In this document: in pieces, positions 58,536 through 64,000 of the stretch
How positions within the stretch are numbered: position 1 is the first letter of the stretch
How the letters are laid out: each line of letters starts with the position of its first letter
Assembly: GCA_965248695.1 (NCBI GenBank)
Contig: CBDFKD010000002.1
Coordinates: 1,952,001 to 2,016,000, forward strand
Direction of reading: 5' to 3'
Length of the DNA stretch: 64,000 bases
Source of the DNA: Acidobacteriota bacterium
GTDB taxonomy: Bacteria; Acidobacteriota; UBA890; WLXD01
Made by a program: the position numbers and the translations under genes
Notes under the pieces: generated by a model
Told to the model about the DNA's origin: nothing
Databases searched by the model: none
Seen by the model: only the letters and a program-made list of their open reading frames with translations

Positions 58536-59768
58536 CTAGGAAGCGCCCTGGCCCGGCTCCGTGGCGTTTACCAGCGCCCCCATGTTGCCGTAGGGGTGCC
58601 GGTTCTCGTGCATCTGCTGGTGCGCCTCGCCGATCTCGTCGAACGCGAACGTGTGCGACAGACACGGGTCCACCTTCTTGTCGATGATCAACTGGTTGAC
58701 CGCTGCCGCCTGCTCGTCGTTGGACAGGTGGCTACCCTGGAAACGCTTCTGGCGCATCCAGTGATAGCGCAGGTCGAGCGTGGCGTTGTATCCAGTCGTG
58801 CCCGCACAGATCACCACCATGCCTCCGGTGGAGGCAACGAAGATCGAGGTCGGGATCGTCGCCTCACCCGGGTGGTCAAACACGATCGTCGGGCTCACTC
58901 GCTCTCCGGCGGCTTCCCAGATCGCCTTGCCGAAACCTCGCGCTCCCTTCGCCCAGGCGCCGTACTCCGGCGTGTTGGTGTCGGGCATCACCCCCCAGTG
59001 GTCGAAGTCCTTGCGGTTGATCACGCCGATGGCGCCGAGCCGTTTGCAGAACTCGACCTTGTCGTCGTTGGAGACCACCGCGATCGGACGGCCGCCTACA
59101 GCCGCGGCGATCTGGATCCCCATCGAGCCGAGGCCCCCGGCCCCGCCCCAGATCAGCACGACATCGTCAGGCTCGACGACGTTCGGCGCCCATCCCATCA
59201 GCATTCGGTAGGCGGTCGAGGCGCATAGCATGTAGCAACCCGCCTGCTCCCAGGTGAGATGCTTCGGTTTCGGCTGACACTGGTGCGCCTGCGCCTTGGC
59301 GAACTGGCAGAAGCTACCGTAGTTGGTCTGGTAGCCCCAGATCTTGGTGCTCTCGGCCAGCATCGGATCGCGTCCCGACAGCACCCATGGATCCTCCGGG
59401 TGCCACCAGCCGCTGTGAACCACCACCTCGTCGCCGGGGCTCACGTTGGTAACCTGGTCGCCGACCTTCCAGACGATCCCAGAGCAGTCGCTGCCCCCAG
59501 CGTGAAAGTCCTCCGGCTCACCGGCTTTTTGGCGCACCGCGATCACATCGAGCGGCTTGCCTAGCGCCGCCCAGACGTTGTTGTAGTTGATGCCCGTCGC
59601 CATGTTGTAGATCAGTACCTCGTCCGGGCCGATCGCGGGCGTCGGGATGACCTCGGGCTTGAACGCGTCGCGAGGCTCGCCGAAACGGTCCTGCCGGATG
59701 ATGCAGGCGTGCATCTCTTCGGGAACCTCACCGAGTGGCGGACGTTCTCCAAGCTCACAGATCTTCAT
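58536..59768 (-). CDS. ccr: Crotonyl-CoA carboxylase/reductase-like enoyl-CoA reductase
   Basis: [51 protein letters not shown]. Confidence 0.88.
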   Translation of the reverse strand: MKICELGERPPLGEVPEEMHACIIRQDRFGEPRDAFKPEVIPTPAIGPDEVLIYNMATGINYNNVWAALGKPLDVIAVRQKAGEPEDFHAGGSDCSGIVWKVGDQVTNVSPGDEVVVHSGWWHPEDPWVLSGRDPMLAESTKIWGYQTNYGSFCQFAKAQAHQCQPKPKHLTWEQAGCYMLCASTAYRMLMGWAPNVVEPDDVVLIWGGAGGLGSMGIQIAAAVGGRPIAVVSNDDKVEFCKRLGAIGVINRKDFDHWGVMPDTNTPEYGAWAKGARGFGKAIWEAAGERVSPTIVFDHPGEATIPTSIFVASTGGMVVICAGTTGYNATLDLRYHWMRQKRFQGSHLSNDEQAAAVNQLIIDKKVDPCLSHTFAFDEIGEAHQQMHENRHPYGNMGALVNATEPGQGAS

Positions 59769-59929
59769 CGAGGTCTCCTGACCGAGGCGGTTCTCAAGCC
59801 TTGCAAACGAGCGGGCTCCGGCCACACGCCAGCACGGCGGTGGCTCTTCTCATATCGCCGTTCGGCGCGCCGATGTCAAGTCGGCACCAGCGTCGGGTCC
59901 GGCCTCCGACACCTGCTAGGGTCCCTCCC

Positions 59930-60742
59930 ATGCGTGCATCCAACCCCACAGAGGCCCTCGAGGCGGTGCTCCGCAACGACCGGATGCTCGTGTTGGGCGG
60001 GTTGATTGTCGGCTCGCTGCTGGCCTGGGCCTACACCGTCATGCTGGCCTCGCGCGAGCTTCCACACTTGCACGGGGGGCACATCGGCGTGGCCCGGACG
60101 CTCGCCTGGGATCCGGCAGACGTGGGGCTGCTGTTTGTCATGTGGGCGGTCATGATGACCGCGATGATGGTTCCGACCGCGGCACCGATGGTGCTGGCCT
60201 TCGCCAAGATAAAGCGCCAACAAGACCCCGACATGGGACTCTCGTCGCCGGTCATCGCGTTCGTGCTGGGCTACGTTGCTGTGTGGACTCTGTTCAGCGG
60301 TCTGGCAACCGTCGTGGAGTGGCGGCTTCACGTCACTGCGCTCGTGACCGACGACGGCGCCGCGGCCAATCCGCTCTTCGGCGGACTGCTCTTGCTCGCC
60401 GCTGGCCTCTTCCAGTGGACGCCCTTGAAACACGCCTGTCTCAGACACTGCCGATCACCGCTGGCCTTCTTCATGACCAGCTGGCGCGACGGCTGGCGCG
60501 GCGCCCTGGCCATGGGACTCGAGCACGGGATCTACTGCGTCGGTTGTTGTTGGGCGCTGATGGCTCTGATGTTCTTTGCCGGGGTGATGAACTTGCTATG
60601 GCTGGCGGCCATCGCCGCCTTTGTCTTGCTGGAGAAGATCACCCGAGCGCCGCAGCTGGTGAGCTATGCGGGCGGCGTCCTGCTGACGGCCTGGGGCCTG
60701 TACCTGATCAGCCTTGCTGTTGGGCAGGTGCTAATCTCCTGA
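59930..60742 (+). CDS. DUF2182 family metal-binding membrane protein
   Basis: MWAVMMTAMMVP, FQWTPLKHACLRHCR, YCVGCCWALM, LLEK. Confidence 0.9.
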   Translation: MRASNPTEALEAVLRNDRMLVLGGLIVGSLLAWAYTVMLASRELPHLHGGHIGVARTLAWDPADVGLLFVMWAVMMTAMMVPTAAPMVLAFAKIKRQQDPDMGLSSPVIAFVLGYVAVWTLFSGLATVVEWRLHVTALVTDDGAAANPLFGGLLLLAAGLFQWTPLKHACLRHCRSPLAFFMTSWRDGWRGALAMGLEHGIYCVGCCWALMALMFFAGVMNLLWLAAIAAFVLLEKITRAPQLVSYAGGVLLTAWGLYLISLAVGQVLIS

Positions 60743-60768
60743 GTCGAGAATCGGCAACGGGAGGAGAC

Positions 60769-61380
60769 ATGGCCGCACGCTGGAGAATTCGTGGCGAGAT
60801 CGTGTTGAGCTGTAACTGCGACGTCTTCTGCCCCTGCGTCGTCTCGCTCGGCACCGCCGAGCCCAGTCACGGTGTCTGCCACACCTGGTACACGATCAAT
60901 ATCCACGAGGGCAACGCCGGCCGGCTGAAGCTCGACGGCCTCAAGGTGGCGGCATTGATGGATGTACCGGGCGCGCTCGCCGAAGGGGGCTGGACCGTAG
61001 CGCTCTACATCGACAAGAAGGCGACCCCGGCAAAGGCCAAGGCGCTCGAGCAGATTCTCTCTGGCAAGGCAGGAGGCCCGGTCTCGTGGTTCTCGATCAT
61101 GATCGCGAACTTTCTCGGTACCAAGCGAGTGCCGATCAGCTTCGAGAAAGAGGGGCGTGGCTGGCGTATCGGCATCCCCAAGATCATCGATGGCCACGTG
61201 GAACCGATCAAAGGCCGCAACGGCAAGGGCGTCACGAAGGTCACCAACAGCGCCTATTGGATGTCTCCCGATATCGTCGTGTGCCAGGGAACCGTGAGCA
61301 AGTTCCGGGATTGGGGACGCAACTGGAACCTCACCGGCCAGAGCGGTGAGTACGCCAAGATCGACTGGGAAGGGCCCTAG
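60769..61380 (+). CDS. DUF1326 family protein
   Basis: WRIRG..SCNCDVFCPC..CH, LDGL, PG, YID, SGKAGG; strong RBS GGAGGAG. Confidence 0.9.
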   Translation: MAARWRIRGEIVLSCNCDVFCPCVVSLGTAEPSHGVCHTWYTINIHEGNAGRLKLDGLKVAALMDVPGALAEGGWTVALYIDKKATPAKAKALEQILSGKAGGPVSWFSIMIANFLGTKRVPISFEKEGRGWRIGIPKIIDGHVEPIKGRNGKGVTKVTNSAYWMSPDIVVCQGTVSKFRDWGRNWNLTGQSGEYAKIDWEGP

Positions 61381-61416
61381 CAGGTCGTGGTGAAAGTGTG
61401 GTGGGTCTGGTTACGG
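61378..61416. repeat. Partial second copy of the MITE-like element
   Basis: TAGCAGGTCGTGGTGAAAGTGTGGTGGGTC (29/30 identical to 30805-30834), then GGTTACGGC as seen just inside the right end of copy 1. Confidence 0.8.
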
Positions 61417-61457
61417 CGAGTTGGGGGACCAGTGGAGGACCCGCCCCGCCGGGTTTG

Positions 61458-63227
61458 CTAGTCGCGCCGCGCGACGATGCCGCGTTCCTGATCGACGACG
61501 ATGCGCCCTGGTGCGACATCCGTGAGCACCGTCTCCTCACCGACCCCCCAGGAAACGCGCAGCTCGTCGGCTCTCCCGGACGGCAAGTAGATGAGCAACC
61601 GCGCATCGTTGCTCCCGAGGTAGCCGTCGCCGCTGCTCAACTGCAGCACCTGCACATCGTCGCCGGATCGCACCACGAGCCGGGATCCGTAGCCCATCCG
61701 GTTCGCGTCGCGCCCCACGAGTCGCACCTGTAGCGCCGCCAGTTGCGACTGGGTGTCGTTGCGCAGGAGATCCGGAGATCCGTTGAGGTTGGTCACCAGC
61801 ACGTCCGCATCGGCGTCGTTGTCGTAGTCGCCGACGAGGGCAGCGCGCGACGTTGCCTCGATCGCCATTCCGGATCCGGCCGAGGCGCCAACCTCTTCAA
61901 AACGTGCGGCGCCGGTCTCCCGCAGGCGATTCAGCGACAACAGGTTGCGTTGCGCATACGGCTCGTATTCGTCGAGCTGCGGATAGATGTGCCCGTTGGC
62001 GACGAACACATCAGCGTCGGCGTCGCCGTCAGGGTCGAAGAACTGCACCGCCCAACCCATGTACGGGAGGCTACTCGCCGCCAGGCCGAGCAACTGGCTA
62101 ACCTCCTCGAAAGCGCAGTCACCCAGGTTGCGATAAAGCGCATTGTTGTCGTTCTGGAAGTTGCTGACCAGCACGTCAAACTGCCCGTCGGCGTCGAAAT
62201 CCGCCGCTGTCGCACCCATCCCGGCCTGCTCCAGCCCTTCGCTGCTGTACCCGGCGCCTGAGAACAACCCCCACTCATCAAGCACCCCGGCATCGTCACG
62301 CCGATACAGCAGGTTGATGGTCGAGTCGTTGGCGACGTAGATCTCGGAGCGGGCGTCGCCGTCGCAATCGGTGGCCACGAGCGCCAACCCGTAGGTCGAT
62401 TCGCGGTCGACTCGCTGGGTAGGCCAGGGCTCGAACCTGCCGTCGGCGCGGTTCCTGAAGAACCGATCGCGCGCCCCGTCGAGCCCCTCCGGCCCGCAGA
62501 AGACGTCTATGCCCTGGTAGATGCAATAGCGATCGCCCAGCGTCGGGGTGGCGGCGCCGTCGAATTCGACGTACTTGGTGACATAAAGATCGAGCCATCC
62601 GTCGGCATCCCAGTCAACGAAACCGGCGCTCGCACCCCAGCCCTCATCTTCGACGCCGGCCGGCCAAACGCTGAAGGTCCCGTCACCGTTGTTGCGATAC
62701 AGCCGGTCCGGACCAATCGCGGTGACCAGCAGGTCGGGGAAGCCATCGTTGTCGACGTCCGCAACCGCGGCTCCGTTGCCCCAGACACGATCACCGGCGC
62801 CGCCTCCGTCGGCTACGGGATCGTAGCCGTCGTGCCGGCGTCGGAAGAGGCGGTGCCCACCGCTGCCGCGCCGGCCGGCGAGGCCGGCGATCGAAGCGGC
62901 GACCGGATCGACGCCCGGGCCCTCCAGGCCGTTCACCAGGAACAGGTCGAGCCCACCATCGCGATCGAAATCGAGCCAGGCACCACCAGATCCGCCGAAC
63001 TCCGATATGTATGCCTTGTCGACGCCGCCGTACTGGTGCTCGAAACTGATCCCGGCGTTGTCCGGCACCCGTACGAAGTGGACGCCCTGCGCCTGCGCGA
63101 GCGCCGCACACAGGACGGTAGCGACAAACACGCCCGCTCCGAGCCGGTTGCCGGGCGCGCGCCATGCTGGACCGGACGGCGGCTGGTCCGCGGCGCGGCG
63201 ATCCCGGTCAACTTCGCGTCGAGTCAT
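61458..63227 (-). CDS. CRTAC1/ASPIC-UnbV family FG-GAP protein
   Basis: Repeated DxDxDGxxDL, YRNNGDGTF, FVANGH, C-terminal ASPIC-like region. Confidence 0.88.
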   Translation of the reverse strand: MTRREVDRDRRAADQPPSGPAWRAPGNRLGAGVFVATVLCAALAQAQGVHFVRVPDNAGISFEHQYGGVDKAYISEFGGSGGAWLDFDRDGGLDLFLVNGLEGPGVDPVAASIAGLAGRRGSGGHRLFRRRHDGYDPVADGGGAGDRVWGNGAAVADVDNDGFPDLLVTAIGPDRLYRNNGDGTFSVWPAGVEDEGWGASAGFVDWDADGWLDLYVTKYVEFDGAATPTLGDRYCIYQGIDVFCGPEGLDGARDRFFRNRADGRFEPWPTQRVDRESTYGLALVATDCDGDARSEIYVANDSTINLLYRRDDAGVLDEWGLFSGAGYSSEGLEQAGMGATAADFDADGQFDVLVSNFQNDNNALYRNLGDCAFEEVSQLLGLAASSLPYMGWAVQFFDPDGDADADVFVANGHIYPQLDEYEPYAQRNLLSLNRLRETGAARFEEVGASAGSGMAIEATSRAALVGDYDNDADADVLVTNLNGSPDLLRNDTQSQLAALQVRLVGRDANRMGYGSRLVVRSGDDVQVLQLSSGDGYLGSNDARLLIYLPSGRADELRVSWGVGEETVLTDVAPGRIVVDQERGIVARRD

Positions 63228-64000
63228 CGTCCCGACGCCGGCCGCCCTCCTCGTACTCGACCACAGGCAGAGGTGGCGGGGCGAGCGCCTCTCCGTAGTC
63301 CTCGAGCAGGTCCTTTACGAAGGCCCAGACGAGTATGTAGAGGGCGAATAGCACCGGCAAAGCCATCACGATGGATGAGGCTTGAATCACCTCGAGACCC
63401 CCGATGGAGAGCATCATCATCGCCATCAGGCCGAGGACACCGGCCCACAATACGCGGTTCCAACGTGCCGGCTCCTCGTCGGCGTGCAGCTCCCGCGTCG
63501 ACACCGAGGCGAGAATATATGCCGACGAGTCGAGGGTGGTGGCCATGAAAATAAACAGCACCACGACCATGCACGGCAGCACCAAGCCGCTCATCGGCAG
63601 CGAGGCCAGGATCTGGGCGCCGGTCTCCGCTGGACCGACTTCGTTCAGCAAGCGGCTCACGTCGAGCAGGCCGGTCTTCTGAAGGTGCAGGCTATAGCCG
63701 CCAAAGACGGCGAAGTATGCCCAGCAGCCCACCGAGCCCCAGCAACACATCGCGAACACGACCTCGCGGAACGTGCGTCCGCGGGAGATCCGGGCGACGA
63801 ACAAGCCCATCATCGGCGCGTACGCGACCCACCAGGCCCAGTAGAACACCGTCCACTTCTGCGGGAAGCCTTCTTCGGCAACGGGATCTGTCCACATGCT
63901 CATGCGGAAGAAGTTGTCCAGCATCAGGCCCATGCTGTTGCTGAACAGGTCGAGGATGAACACCGTCGGCCCGACCAGCAGCACGAAGCCCACGAGCAAG
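63208..64000 (-). CDS. BCCT family (betaine/choline/carnitine) transporter, 5' part outside the window
   Basis: WTVFYWAWWVAYAP, FVARISRGRT, FMATTLDS. Confidence 0.93.
   Translation of the reverse strand, partial: LLVGFVLLVGPTVFILDLFSNSMGLMLDNFFRMSMWTDPVAEEGFPQKWTVFYWAWWVAYAPMMGLFVARISRGRTFREVVFAMCCWGSVGCWAYFAVFGGYSLHLQKTGLLDVSRLLNEVGPAETGAQILASLPMSGLVLPCMVVVLFIFMATTLDSSAYILASVSTRELHADEEPARWNRVLWAGVLGLMAMMMLSIGGLEVIQASSIVMALPVLFALYILVWAFVKDLLEDYGEALAPPPLPVVEYEEGGRRRDDDSTRS

Overview
High-GC bacterial chromosomal segment that looks like Acidobacteriota (inference from two acidobacterial-type VWA proteins, a CRTAC1/ASPIC protein, FG-GAP proteins, a PDZ-GAF-PAS kinase and many secreted hydrolases). 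It has a housekeeping core (polA, galU, serS followed by two tRNA-Ser genes, gltX, HU, hflX, yhbY, dCMP deaminase) among exported peptidases, a sulfatase and transporters. There are three envelope-signalling modules: a sigma54 NtrC/PDZ-kinase pair with a -24/-12 promoter, an ECF sigma/anti-sigma/Spy-like trio, and a BlaI/M56 pair whose sensor has a very unusual basic-heptad plus acidic 16-mer repeat C-terminus. A complete IS3-family (IS407-group-like) element with a 4-bp target duplication sits in a decayed Tat amidase. A TA-flanked MITE-like element (one full and one partial copy) supplies stop codons to convergent genes, and an unexplained 34-bp-arm palindrome plus a direct repeat follows polA. 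Three further genes each carry a single lesion. Metabolic clusters of interest are comDE-cyclase-ACE, SSS-MatB, and a Ccr variant divergent from DUF2182-DUF1326 near a BCCT carrier. All calls come from motif recognition by eye; no database searches were run.
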